From positions 1,747 through 65,746 of the forward strand of contig CACODE010000008.1 in NCBI GenBank assembly GCA_902625885.1: DNA of 64,000 bases, read 5' to 3'. Position 1 is the first letter of the stretch. Every line of letters begins with the position of its first letter. A program made the translations under genes and the position numbers. The notes beneath the pieces are model-generated. The model ran no database searches, had not been told where the DNA came from, and saw nothing but the letters and a program-made list of their open reading frames with translations. The DNA comes from an uncultured Candidatus Poseidoniales archaeon. Lineage in GTDB: Archaea; Thermoplasmatota; Poseidoniia; Poseidoniales; Poseidoniaceae. Below are positions 19,354 through 28,888 of this stretch, in pieces.

Positions 19354-20136
19354 ATGCAACCCACCAGCGTTTACACCCGAGACCGTTGCGTGACGGGTAT
19401 CCACGGATTGGACGAAATTCTCAGGGGCGGTATCCCGTACGGTTCGACGGTTTTGGCAGCAGGAACCTGCGGCTCCGGTAAAACCACCTTAGGCATGGAA
19501 TTTCTTGTTCGTGGTGCCTTGGCCGGTGAAGCATGCGCTCACTTTACGGCCACGGAGCCTTCCGTTAAGTTGCTAGAGAACATTCGGCAGTATGCGTTTT
19601 TCGACATGAACATGGTCGATACCGGCCTGATCAACGTTTTTGACATGGACGTGCTGTATTCATGGCTCGGGCTGGAGAAGGCGTCTTTTGATTTGGATGA
19701 CGTGCACGCCCTCATCAAATCCATTGTTGATATTGTGAACACCATCGGGGTCACCCGTCTGGTGATCGATTCGGTCACCACCTTGTGTTACAAAATCAAA
19801 TCCGAGCAGCTGATACGGGATTTCCTTTTCACCTTGGGCAAGAAATTGGCAACACTCGGCTGCACCACCATCCTCATCTCCGAAATCACATCGGCCACCG
19901 AAAACGCTCACTGGTCCTCCTTCGGTGTTGAAGAGGCCATCGCAGACGGCATCATCGTCATGGGCGATTCCGAACGCATGGGGCACCTTCTGCGGTTCCT
20001 TCAGGTTGTCAAAATGCGAGGCACGGCTCACAGCCGTGCGAAACACGCCATTGAATTGACGCCACTGGGCGTGATGCTCATCCCGATGCTGAAATGGGGC
20101 GCTTCGAACGATAACACAAACCGTTGGGGTGCCTAG
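19354..20136 (+). CDS. KaiC-like RecA-superfamily ATPase (single domain, intact motifs)
   Basis: TGIHGLDEILRGGIP, Walker A GTCGSGKT, Walker B LVIDS, IADGII and VVKMRG. Confidence 0.9.
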   Translation: MQPTSVYTRDRCVTGIHGLDEILRGGIPYGSTVLAAGTCGSGKTTLGMEFLVRGALAGEACAHFTATEPSVKLLENIRQYAFFDMNMVDTGLINVFDMDVLYSWLGLEKASFDLDDVHALIKSIVDIVNTIGVTRLVIDSVTTLCYKIKSEQLIRDFLFTLGKKLATLGCTTILISEITSATENAHWSSFGVEEAIADGIIVMGDSERMGHLLRFLQVVKMRGTAHSRAKHAIELTPLGVMLIPMLKWGASNDNTNRWGA

Positions 20137-20138
20137 AC

Positions 20139-20723
20139 ATGTTCGAACTTGACCAGCGTATCGCCGAACAACTCACGCAAGTTTCCCTCGGAAGTTCCGT
20201 TCAAGTGCGCATGAGTTCAGCGAATGCCTTTGCCGTCACGGCCAGCACCATGGTTCCCCTGATGCAAATGTTCGAGATGGGCGGTGTTTACATTTCTGCT
20301 AGCCGAGGCGCAGTAGAGATCATTCAGGCTTTCGAGGCCATCGGTGTTGACGTCTCGGGTATCCATTTCCTTGACCTGGTCTCCTCGGGCGTTTTGGGGG
20401 GAACCGATGTCCCCTACGCCAACATCACGTTTGTTGACAGCCCCATCATGCTGGAGAGCATCATGTTGCGAACGCTGTACACGCTTCGAACCGTGAACAA
20501 CCAACGAAATTTCGTGTTTTTGGACAGCGTCAACGCCTTGGCCATTTACAACGATGACAGGATGTTGGCAGAATACCTTCACACCTTCATCAACACCTTC
20601 CGTCAACGTGAGGTGCTCTCCGTTATTCTCAACGTTCCAGACCAGACCCCGCCGTTGGTTCTTGCGAACCTTGACACGTACTGCACGGATCTGGTCGACA
20701 GGGGACAAGTGGTTCTTCTTTGA
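20139..20723 (+). CDS. Degenerate KaiC/RecA-fold protein (no Walker A)
   Basis: GVYIS...IHFLD...FVFLDSVNALAIYN pattern of short inactive KaiC-like proteins; no GKT. Confidence 0.65.
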   Translation: MFELDQRIAEQLTQVSLGSSVQVRMSSANAFAVTASTMVPLMQMFEMGGVYISASRGAVEIIQAFEAIGVDVSGIHFLDLVSSGVLGGTDVPYANITFVDSPIMLESIMLRTLYTLRTVNNQRNFVFLDSVNALAIYNDDRMLAEYLHTFINTFRQREVLSVILNVPDQTPPLVLANLDTYCTDLVDRGQVVLL

Positions 20724-20731
20724 GGTGATGC

Positions 20732-21538
20732 ATGATGGAACGAAAGATGACCTTTGACCCAGAAGACGAGGAATTTTTTGGAACCGTCGGCTCGTTCGGC
20801 GTTCCAAAATTCGACAACGAAATGCGTGGTGGCGTCCCGCGCGGGTTTACGATGATGGCGTTTACCGAAACGGGCTCGGGCAGCGAACTGTTTGCAAAGC
20901 AATTCACCTCGCCGGCTGAAGAACCTGAGAACACGCTCTACATCGCCACCGATGAAGGGCAACAAGAGATCATTCGCATCTTCAAGAAGTACGACTGGCC
21001 GCTCGATATCAACGTCAGGACGATTGGAGAAGAGTACAACGCCAACGTCTTGGAACGGGAGTTGCTAGCGAGTCGCTATCGTTTGGAAGGGTTTCAACTG
21101 GCCGATATTCAACGCCTGGCGCAAACCCGATTTGTTGACGATAGCAACCAGGATTACCTGACCGAGGTCACCAACGAAATCATGGGTCTAGGTCCATATT
21201 TCCGGGCGGTTCTCGACAACTTGGATTTCTTTTTGCAACGTGAAGACCCCGCCCGCGTCGTCTCCATGGTCAGAATGCTCCAAGCGCATGCTCAGATGGT
21301 TCGTGGCCTCCTGATGATCTCCGTCTCAAGCGACGGCTTGGACCCCTCCATCAAGCAAGAGCTTTCCTCAATCGCTGACATGGTTCTCTCGTTCAAGGTG
21401 CGAACCATCGGGTCCGATTTTGAAAATTCAATGATCGTCTCCAAGTTCAGAAACGCCCCTGAAAACCTGAAAATTCTGGTGTTCAGGGTTACGCCAGAAG
21501 AAGGGATAACGCCCGAAACCGTCGAGCGCATCGCTTGA
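20732..21538 (+). CDS. KaiC/RAD55-like ATPase, Walker A degenerate
   Basis: GVPKFDNEMRGGVPRG, TETGSGSEL (Lys lost), IADMVL, VSKFRN and GITPETVERIA. Confidence 0.8.
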   Translation: MMERKMTFDPEDEEFFGTVGSFGVPKFDNEMRGGVPRGFTMMAFTETGSGSELFAKQFTSPAEEPENTLYIATDEGQQEIIRIFKKYDWPLDINVRTIGEEYNANVLERELLASRYRLEGFQLADIQRLAQTRFVDDSNQDYLTEVTNEIMGLGPYFRAVLDNLDFFLQREDPARVVSMVRMLQAHAQMVRGLLMISVSSDGLDPSIKQELSSIADMVLSFKVRTIGSDFENSMIVSKFRNAPENLKILVFRVTPEEGITPETVERIA

Positions 21539-21560
21539 GGCGGCTTTCGGTCAAAACGAC

Positions 21561-22340
21561 ATGTCCAAAACGGTCGGGGGCGCAGGCCGCATCATGGGGA
21601 AGCGAGCAGCAACGGGTGGGTACGACCCCTCCGGAATTGACGCTGACGCTTGGGAAATCCTTGAGGGTCAACTGGAAGCCACCATCCCCGATTACGACCG
21701 TGTCAACAAATGGATGACATTCGGGCAGGACAAGCGATGGCGGCGAAATGTGCGCAACCACGCCACGCCGGGCATGAAGGTGCTGGAGGTGGGCTGCGGC
21801 CCCGGTTCGTTTGCCGAAGACCTCGTCGGTATGGACTTGACTTGCCTTGACCCCTCCCCTGAAATGCTCGCCACGGCCCAACCTCGTGTGGATGGCGCCC
21901 GATCAAGACGCGGTGAGGGCCCTGCCAAATACGTTCAAGCCATAGCCGAAGAGATTCCCTTACCTGACAACACCTACGACATGGTGTTTTGCCTGTTCTC
22001 GTTCAGGGATTTCAAGGACAAAGCTCAGGGGCTGAGGGAAATCTATCGCGTTCTCAAGCCCGGTGGCAGACTGGTAATTTGCGATGCGGGAAAGGCCAAC
22101 AAACTGCACGGTTTGTTTGGCTATTTGTGGATGAACAGCGTGGTGCAGGTCATGGCTCGGCTCATCACCAAGAAGAAAGACCATCCTTGGAAGGGCCTCG
22201 CCGCCAGTTATACGCACTACGGCACCAACGGATACTATCGAAAGATGATGAAAGATGTTGGGTTTACCAACGTGCAAGGTCGACTGCTCTACCCGTTTGG
22301 CATGGCCAGCCGGTTTCGTGGCACGAAGCCTGAAAATTAA
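21561..22340 (+). CDS. UbiE/MenG-like SAM-dependent methyltransferase
   Basis: YDRVNKWMTFGQDKRWR, VLEVGCGPG and LREIYRVLKPGG. Confidence 0.82.
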   Translation: MSKTVGGAGRIMGKRAATGGYDPSGIDADAWEILEGQLEATIPDYDRVNKWMTFGQDKRWRRNVRNHATPGMKVLEVGCGPGSFAEDLVGMDLTCLDPSPEMLATAQPRVDGARSRRGEGPAKYVQAIAEEIPLPDNTYDMVFCLFSFRDFKDKAQGLREIYRVLKPGGRLVICDAGKANKLHGLFGYLWMNSVVQVMARLITKKKDHPWKGLAASYTHYGTNGYYRKMMKDVGFTNVQGRLLYPFGMASRFRGTKPEN

Positions 22341-22363
22341 CCACAGAAGTCAACCCCGTTAGA

Positions 22364-22373
22364 CTCTTAAACC
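22364..22373 (+). promoter_or_regulatory. Candidate TATA box of the ATP synthase operon
   Basis: CTCTTAAACC lies about 35 nt upstream of the atpH ATG, in the only intergenic gap. Confidence 0.35.
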
Positions 22374-22405
22374 CCCTTTCGCTGGGATTTTTACTGGTGA
22401 AATCC

Positions 22406-22723
22406 ATGGGTATGTCAGAGGTTCTCCGAAGCATCAAGGCAGCCGAGCAAGACGCCGAAAAACGCCTTGTTGAAGCCCAGGAGGAAGCCTCAAAAATCCT
22501 ATCGGACGCCCGAAGGAAATCTTCCGAGATGGTACAAGACGCCGCCGATGAAACGGTTGTCATGACGCAGAAGATCTTGGACGATGCCCGGGCCAAAGCG
22601 CAAGGTGAGGCCGACCAAGTGAAAGCTGCCGGTGCTGGAGAAGTCGAGAAGATAGAGACAAACTCTGCAAGCAATCAAGACGCCGCTGTGAAAATGGTTG
22701 TCGATGCGTTGTCATCCGAATGA
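22406..22723 (+). CDS. atpH: A-type ATP synthase subunit H
   Basis: 'EVLRSIKAAEQDAEKRLVEA' coiled coil; first gene of the operon; GGTGA RBS. Confidence 0.85.
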   Translation: MGMSEVLRSIKAAEQDAEKRLVEAQEEASKILSDARRKSSEMVQDAADETVVMTQKILDDARAKAQGEADQVKAAGAGEVEKIETNSASNQDAAVKMVVDALSSE

Positions 22724-22732
22724 GGCGATACC

Positions 22733-24778
22733 ATGTTTGACACGGTCGCCATGTCCCGCCTTACGGTCGCAGCACCTGTTGACCGCATGGCGGACGTGTT
22801 GCGCTCCTGCACGGAACTTGGCTGCGTTCACATTGAGTCCTACACCAATTTCGAGGACGGCGTGAACGTCGGCCATGCAAGCTCGTCAGAAGAAGCCAAC
22901 CGCACCAGCGCCCTGCTCGCCAAAGTGAGGGCCGCTATATCGGCGTTCAAACCCGTCAACACCGAAGGGCCTGTACCTGTCCGCCGCGTTAAAGAACTCC
23001 TCGAAGGTTCGTTTGCTGACGAACTGCAAAAAGGCCTTGACCTGCTCGATACCCACCGCGATGCAGAAGCCGAAATCGCCGCTTTAGACGAGCAGATTCA
23101 CCTGCTTCGCAGACTCGCCCCTCTCAACATGGACTTGGAACTCCTCGCTGGCTCAGCCCGTGTCGAAGTCTACGTCGCCGAGACCAAAAAATCCAGCAAA
23201 GCAGCAAGCACGTTTGGTACGCTCATACAAAAGGTCGAACTCGCCACAGCACCGGGCATCGTCGCCGTAGCCTGCATGCCTTCCGAAGGCGCCGAAGTGC
23301 AGATGGCGCTTGGGGAACTTGGCGGTAAACCCATCCAGATTCCAAACATGGACGGCACCCCAGACGCGGCCCTGAAAAATCTCCTTGCCCAACGCAACGC
23401 CGCAGAAGGCACGATGTACTCGGCTTCCGAAGACGCAGAGCGGTGGGCGCGAAACAACGGACGCAACATTCTCGCCATTCACGAGTACCTCTCCAAAGAA
23501 GACGAAATTCATACGGCACCGACCCAACTCGCTGTCTCCGGGCAAGCCTTCGCTCTTGATGCATGGGTGCCGACCTCAAAGGCCGACAAGGTCAAGACAG
23601 CGCTTCAAACAATGGCCTCCCACGTCGAAATTGAGGCGTTTGTTGACGACCACCATCACCACGACGACGACCATGACGATCACCATCACGAGCCGGCTCC
23701 ACCCGTCGCTTTGGAAAACGATGCGGTTTCAAGACCGTTTGAATTGCTCGTCGGGTTGGTCGGCCGCCCCGCATACGGCACGTTCGACCCGACGTTCTTC
23801 ATGATGCTGACCTTCCCAATGATCTACGGTCTGATCCTCGGCGACTTTGGCTACGGCTTCGTCATCTTCCTCATCGGGTTATGGATGGGGACGTTGCCCT
23901 TTGCCGCTGACCCTGTCGGAAAAAATGGTGTCACCATCCTCAAGTGGATGGGCGTGTGGTGCATGATATGGGGCTTCCTTTTCGCTGAAGGCTTTGGCTT
24001 TGTTTGGGACAATACAGGTCAAATGGGCGATGCATCCCCGCTCGCCGGCTTCTACGCTTGGACATACGAGAACCTCACCTTCCCTGCCTTCGTCACCGAC
24101 ACCCTCGGCATGTCCTACACGCACATTCCTTTCCACCGAGCCACCAGTTCCATCACGGAATACGTCCTTCTCTCGGTGTACCTTGGTGTGGCCCATCTAA
24201 TGTTCGGCTTTATTTTGGGCTTCATCAACGTCGCTCGAGCGCACGGGGTTGTTGCAGCCTTCTTCGAGAAGGGCAGCTGGATCATCATCCTCACGGCTGG
24301 AACCTTGCACATCTACGGGTTCTTGACCACGGACCAAACCGTCCTCGACCTCACTCCGTACGCCATCGCCCTTCTCGTCGGTGTCGTTTGCCTCGTTATT
24401 GGTTTGGCCATCTTTGAGAAATTTGGCTGGGCAGGAGGCGCCATCATGGGCCCCATCGAAACGTTTGGTCTTCTGGCCAACACCCTCTCCTACCTCCGGG
24501 TCATGGGCGTGGGCGTGGCCGGCGTCAAAATCGCAGAAGTCTCCATCACGATGGGTTGGGACTTGATGTGGTCCGGTAGCGGCATCCTCTCCATAGTCCT
24601 CGGCCTCGTTCTTTTCGTGTTCATCCAGGCCTTCGCTTTGGCCTTGGGCCTCCTCTCACCCAGCATTCACGCTGCCCGTCTCCACTTCGTGGAATGGATG
24701 GGCAAGTTTTACGACGGCTCCGGTCGGGTTTTTACCCCGATTGGCGGTCGCACCCTCCACACGGAGGGGCAATCATAG
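22733..24778 (+). CDS. atpI: A-type ATP synthase subunit I (a)
   Basis: FDPTFF..FPMIYGLILGDFGYG, NTLSYLR and ARLHFVEWMGKFY. Confidence 0.95.
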   Translation: MFDTVAMSRLTVAAPVDRMADVLRSCTELGCVHIESYTNFEDGVNVGHASSSEEANRTSALLAKVRAAISAFKPVNTEGPVPVRRVKELLEGSFADELQKGLDLLDTHRDAEAEIAALDEQIHLLRRLAPLNMDLELLAGSARVEVYVAETKKSSKAASTFGTLIQKVELATAPGIVAVACMPSEGAEVQMALGELGGKPIQIPNMDGTPDAALKNLLAQRNAAEGTMYSASEDAERWARNNGRNILAIHEYLSKEDEIHTAPTQLAVSGQAFALDAWVPTSKADKVKTALQTMASHVEIEAFVDDHHHHDDDHDDHHHEPAPPVALENDAVSRPFELLVGLVGRPAYGTFDPTFFMMLTFPMIYGLILGDFGYGFVIFLIGLWMGTLPFAADPVGKNGVTILKWMGVWCMIWGFLFAEGFGFVWDNTGQMGDASPLAGFYAWTYENLTFPAFVTDTLGMSYTHIPFHRATSSITEYVLLSVYLGVAHLMFGFILGFINVARAHGVVAAFFEKGSWIIILTAGTLHIYGFLTTDQTVLDLTPYAIALLVGVVCLVIGLAIFEKFGWAGGAIMGPIETFGLLANTLSYLRVMGVGVAGVKIAEVSITMGWDLMWSGSGILSIVLGLVLFVFIQAFALALGLLSPSIHAARLHFVEWMGKFYDGSGRVFTPIGGRTLHTEGQS

Positions 24779-24806
24779 TCCCATGGACAACAAAGGAGGT
24801 AGAAAT

Positions 24807-25121
24807 ATGAACAAGAATACCCTGAAAACGAGCCTACGCACGCTGATTGTACTGTTGACCGTCGCCTTGGTCGCCCAAGGCGTCGCAGCAGCAGAAGAAA
24901 CCACAGAATCGGGTGCAACTGACGGAATGACTGGCGACGTTGGTGTCGGTCTTGCCCTTGGCCTTGCAGCCATCGGTGCAGGATTCTCCCAAGCCGCCAT
25001 CGGTAGCGCTGCCATCGGCATGATCGCCGAGGACGGCAGCAAATTCGGTTACGGCCTCATCTTCACGGCTCTCCCTGAATCCATCGTGATTCTGGGTGCG
25101 CTTCCGCTCTTCCTTCAGTGA
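24807..25121 (+). CDS. atpK: A-type ATP synthase subunit K (c), single hairpin with N-terminal leader
   Basis: GLAAIGAGFSQAAIGSAAIG...ALPES; GGAGG RBS before the ATG at 24807. Confidence 0.93.
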   Translation: MNKNTLKTSLRTLIVLLTVALVAQGVAAAEETTESGATDGMTGDVGVGLALGLAAIGAGFSQAAIGSAAIGMIAEDGSKFGYGLIFTALPESIVILGALPLFLQ

Positions 25122-25178
25122 AGCCGGTGCAAGATGTGTGGGTTCTGCCCACGTTGACATGAATAAGGAGACGATACA

Positions 25179-25742
25179 ATGACGTTAGAAACATTAGCCA
25201 AAGACATCGCTGCCGCTGCAGAAACCGACGCAAAAGCCCTCGTGGCTGAAGCCAAAGCCGAAGCTGAACAACTGCTTGCAGAAGCTGAAGCCAAAGCAAC
25301 AGTCTTGCGGGAAGAAGCGAAACAACGTGCCGATAAAGAGGCCACGCAAATCGCCAGAGAAACGGTAGCGAGCGCTCGACAGTCCAACCAAAAGGACATC
25401 CTCATCGCTCGAAGGAAGGTGCTCGATGCCACGTATGAAGCGGCAAAAGAGCACATCGCCGACCCCGGGATGAAAGGGCGAGCGGCGCTTCTCAAAACGC
25501 TCTTGTCGAAATCGAAAAAACTGGCCAAAGGAAAGTACGTGATCCTTCCTGTGGAAGTTGACCGTGCCGCCATCTCGAAACAAGCCGGCGACCGAAAAGT
25601 CGGCGAAAGCGTTGACGGCCTCGGCGGTTTTGTTCTTGAAGCCGAGGACGGTTCCATTTCGTTTGACATGCGATTTGACAACATGCTTGAACGCGCATGG
25701 TCCAGTAAACTCTCCGCTGTGAACGATACCCTGTTTGGATGA
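25179..25742 (+). CDS. atpE: A-type ATP synthase subunit E
   Basis: MTLETLAKDI coiled coil and GGFVLE...DMRFD; operon position. Confidence 0.9.
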   Translation: MTLETLAKDIAAAAETDAKALVAEAKAEAEQLLAEAEAKATVLREEAKQRADKEATQIARETVASARQSNQKDILIARRKVLDATYEAAKEHIADPGMKGRAALLKTLLSKSKKLAKGKYVILPVEVDRAAISKQAGDRKVGESVDGLGGFVLEAEDGSISFDMRFDNMLERAWSSKLSAVNDTLFG

Positions 25743-25755
25743 AGAAGGTGATTGC

Positions 25756-26796
25756 ATGATGCTCGGAAACACCCCTTACGTCGTCTCCCGCGCCAAAACG
25801 CGACGGCAGAAGTTGGCAGACCGAGCACGCCTGCGTCAACTCATCAACCAATCCGTTGAACAGTTGACCGTCGCCGTTGGCGACTTGGGATACCGTGCCG
25901 AAATTGACCTCTACGCCGGGAAACTCACCGGTGGCGACTTGGTTGAAGCGGCGCTTACTCACAACCTTGAGTCCGAGTTGACCCAGATGGTCAACATGTC
26001 GAACAAGTCCATTCGACCCCTGATCGAGATTTACACATCCAGGTTCGAATACCAAAACGCAAAAGCCGTGTTCCGTGCCATTCACAACGAAGTCTCCGTT
26101 GATGAAGTGGGCAACAGCATTTTGCCTGAAATCAACGACGTGAACACACCGTGGTTGAAAGTTGTGGAGAGTTGCGACGACATGCGGTCGGCTGCCGTTC
26201 TGATGCGGAGGAAGGCGTTTGGTCCTGCCCTAGCAAAGGTGCCAGAAGACGGGACCCTTGCAGAGTATGAAGACGCCTTGGACCGTCATTACTACGCTGC
26301 TTCCCTCAAAGCCTTGGGCCAATCGAAAGGCGCACCTGTGCGTTTCCTTTCCCAATTGTTCGCTGCAGAAATCGATCATAAAAACATCGTCAACATCCTC
26401 GAAGCGAGTGCTGTCGGCATCGATAACGAACGCCTTGTATCGCTCCTCATACCCGGAGGTCGATTGGTGCCAAAGCGAGCGTTCTCCGCGATCGCGACTG
26501 GAGGAAAAGACGCAATGCTTGACATGCTCAGAAGCGCTAACAAATTTGATTATGCAGCCTTTGAGGGTGTTCTGGAAGAAGCTGAAACCACCAGAAGCCT
26601 TGATCCAGTCGTTACTTGGATGAAGGCTAGGGAGCACGACATGATGAAGCGGATGAGCTACCTCCATCCGGTCTCAGCGCTCCCGATTATCTTCTACATT
26701 ACGATGAAAGTTCAGGAAGTGTCTGACCTGCGTTTGATTGTGCGCGGGCGACTTGCTGGGCTGTCTGCAGCCGTGCTTGAGGCGCACTTGCTTTGA
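25756..26796 (+). CDS. atpC: A-type ATP synthase subunit C
   Basis: YVVSRAK, EIDHKNI and EVSDLRLIVRG; operon position. Confidence 0.9.
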   Translation: MMLGNTPYVVSRAKTRRQKLADRARLRQLINQSVEQLTVAVGDLGYRAEIDLYAGKLTGGDLVEAALTHNLESELTQMVNMSNKSIRPLIEIYTSRFEYQNAKAVFRAIHNEVSVDEVGNSILPEINDVNTPWLKVVESCDDMRSAAVLMRRKAFGPALAKVPEDGTLAEYEDALDRHYYAASLKALGQSKGAPVRFLSQLFAAEIDHKNIVNILEASAVGIDNERLVSLLIPGGRLVPKRAFSAIATGGKDAMLDMLRSANKFDYAAFEGVLEEAETTRSLDPVVTWMKAREHDMMKRMSYLHPVSALPIIFYITMKVQEVSDLRLIVRGRLAGLSAAVLEAHLL

Positions 26797-26805
26797 GGTG
26801 ATATC

Positions 26806-27105
26806 ATGGAGATTGCAGTCGTCGGTTCCCCCGCCTTCACGTTGGGTTTCCAACTTGCAGGGCTGTCAAGTCTCTACAATCCAGATGGCGAAGAAGCGTT
26901 GCACTCAACCCTTCGCACCCTACTCAACAACAAATCCGTTGGTATCATGGTGGTCGACTCCGCCATGATGGCTACGCTACCCGAACGATTGCGCGACCAA
27001 TTGTCGGGGTCCGTCTCCCCCACCGTTCTAGGTATCGGTACGGAGGAAGACACCACCTTGCGGGACACCATCCGCAAGGCCATAGGAGTCGATCTTTGGA
27101 AGTGA
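26806..27105 (+). CDS. atpF: A-type ATP synthase subunit F
   Basis: IAVVGSPAFTLGFQLAG...IRKAIGVDLWK. Confidence 0.95.
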   Translation: MEIAVVGSPAFTLGFQLAGLSSLYNPDGEEALHSTLRTLLNNKSVGIMVVDSAMMATLPERLRDQLSGSVSPTVLGIGTEEDTTLRDTIRKAIGVDLWK

Positions 27106-27135
27106 TGTTCCAACCAACACAAGGAGGAAGAAAAT

Positions 27136-28875
27136 ATGAGCAATGAAGGAGTAATTTACCGAATTTCAGGTCCCGTCGTGACGGCGATTGGCATGAACGC
27201 AGCGATGTACGACGTCGTTCGTGTTGGGCACGAAGGATTGATGGGCGAAGTGATTGAACTGCACGGCGAAAAAGCCGTTATCCAAGTCTACGAAGACACC
27301 TCGGGTATTCGCCCGGGCGAACCGGTTCTCAACACCGAGGAAACCTTGTCCGTTTCCTTGGGTCCTGGCCTCCTGACCCAAATCTACGACGGTATTCAGC
27401 GCCCGCTCGCCTCACTCGAGGAAGTGATGGGTGTGTTCATCACCCGTGGTGTTGACGCTGACGCTTTTGACATGGAAAAGACGTGGACGTTTGAACCACA
27501 GGTTGCCAAAGGCGACGAGTTGGTGAGCGGTCAAGTCTTTGGACACGTGCAGGAAACCGAGACCATCATTCACAAAATCATGGTCCCGCCCGGCAAAGGC
27601 GGGAAAGTGAAGTCCATTGAGTCTGGCGATTTCAACAACACGCAAACGGTTTGTGTCCTTGAAGACGGTACGGAACTTCAGATGATGCAGAAGTGGCCCG
27701 TACGGTCGCCAAGACCGTTCACTCAGAAGTACGCACCCGACACACCCTTGGTCACCGGCATGCGGATTCTTGACTTCCTTTTCCCACTCGCCAAAGGCGG
27801 CGCGGCCGGTATTCCCGGCCCGTTCGGCTCCGGAAAGACCGTCACCCAACAATCGCTTGCGAAGTACTCCGACGCTCAGCTCGTGGTCTACATCGGCTGT
27901 GGGGAGCGGGGCAACGAGATGACGGAAGTGCTGGACGAATTCCCTCACCTCATCGACCCGAACACGGGCAAGCCCTTGATGAACCGGACCGTCATGATCG
28001 CCAACACGTCAAACATGCCCGTCGCCGCAAGAGAAGCATCGGTGTACACCGGCATCACCATCGCAGAATATTTCCGAGACATGGGCTACGACGTGGCTTT
28101 GATGGCCGATTCCACCTCGCGATGGGCTGAAGCCATGCGTGAGATTTCGTCCCGTTTGGAAGAAATGCCCGGTGAGGAAGGCTACCCCGCCTACCTGTCC
28201 TCCCGTATTGCAGAGTTCTACGAGCGTGCCGGCCGTGTGGAAACGCTCAACGGCGACGACGGGTCAGTGACCGTCATCGGGGCCGTGTCGCCTCCGGGCG
28301 GTGATATCTCCGAACCCGTGTCCCAAGGTACCCTTCGTATCGTGAAGGTGTTTTGGGGTCTTGATGCAGGATTGGCTCGTCAGCGCCACTTCCCCGCCAT
28401 CAACTGGCTCAACTCGTATTCGCTTTATCCACAAAGCCTTGACCAGTGGTTCCGCGACAACATCGCTCAAGATTTCCCAGAAATTCGCACCCAGATCAGC
28501 GGTCTGCTCCAAATCGAGGCCGAGTTGCAAGAAATCGTCCAGTTGGTGGGTTCAGACGCATTGCCTGTCGACCAGCAATTGACACTGGAGGTTGCTCGAA
28601 TGATTCGTGAGTTCTTCCTGCAACAAAACGGCTTTGACCCGGTTGATGCTTACTGCGACATCAAGTTGCAATACGAAATGGCAAAAGCCATTCTCTCGTT
28701 CCAAGAAGCTGCCAAAACGGCCATGGCTGACGGTGCGCTGCTCAACGATGTCGTCAACGTGCCGGCCCGCTCCAACCTGATGCGTGGCCGCTTTGAGGAA
28801 GGCTACATCGAACGAATTGAAGCGATGGTCAAGGAGATGAACGAACAAATCGCCGACGCCGTGGAGGCCAACTGA
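27136..28875 (+). CDS. atpA: A-type ATP synthase subunit A
   Basis: [17 protein letters not shown] and [10 protein letters not shown]; no intein (579 aa). Confidence 0.98.
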   Translation: MSNEGVIYRISGPVVTAIGMNAAMYDVVRVGHEGLMGEVIELHGEKAVIQVYEDTSGIRPGEPVLNTEETLSVSLGPGLLTQIYDGIQRPLASLEEVMGVFITRGVDADAFDMEKTWTFEPQVAKGDELVSGQVFGHVQETETIIHKIMVPPGKGGKVKSIESGDFNNTQTVCVLEDGTELQMMQKWPVRSPRPFTQKYAPDTPLVTGMRILDFLFPLAKGGAAGIPGPFGSGKTVTQQSLAKYSDAQLVVYIGCGERGNEMTEVLDEFPHLIDPNTGKPLMNRTVMIANTSNMPVAAREASVYTGITIAEYFRDMGYDVALMADSTSRWAEAMREISSRLEEMPGEEGYPAYLSSRIAEFYERAGRVETLNGDDGSVTVIGAVSPPGGDISEPVSQGTLRIVKVFWGLDAGLARQRHFPAINWLNSYSLYPQSLDQWFRDNIAQDFPEIRTQISGLLQIEAELQEIVQLVGSDALPVDQQLTLEVARMIREFFLQQNGFDPVDAYCDIKLQYEMAKAILSFQEAAKTAMADGALLNDVVNVPARSNLMRGRFEEGYIERIEAMVKEMNEQIADAVEAN

Positions 28876-28888
28876 GGAGGGGAAGAAG

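Noticed and set aside
19354-21538. True circadian KaiABC clock
   Set aside because: The proteins are single-domain, not double-domain KaiC, and no KaiA or KaiB is in the window.
27136-28875. Inteins in atpA (also checked smc and cdc6)
   Set aside because: Lengths and motif spacing are normal; no intein splice or LAGLIDADG motifs.
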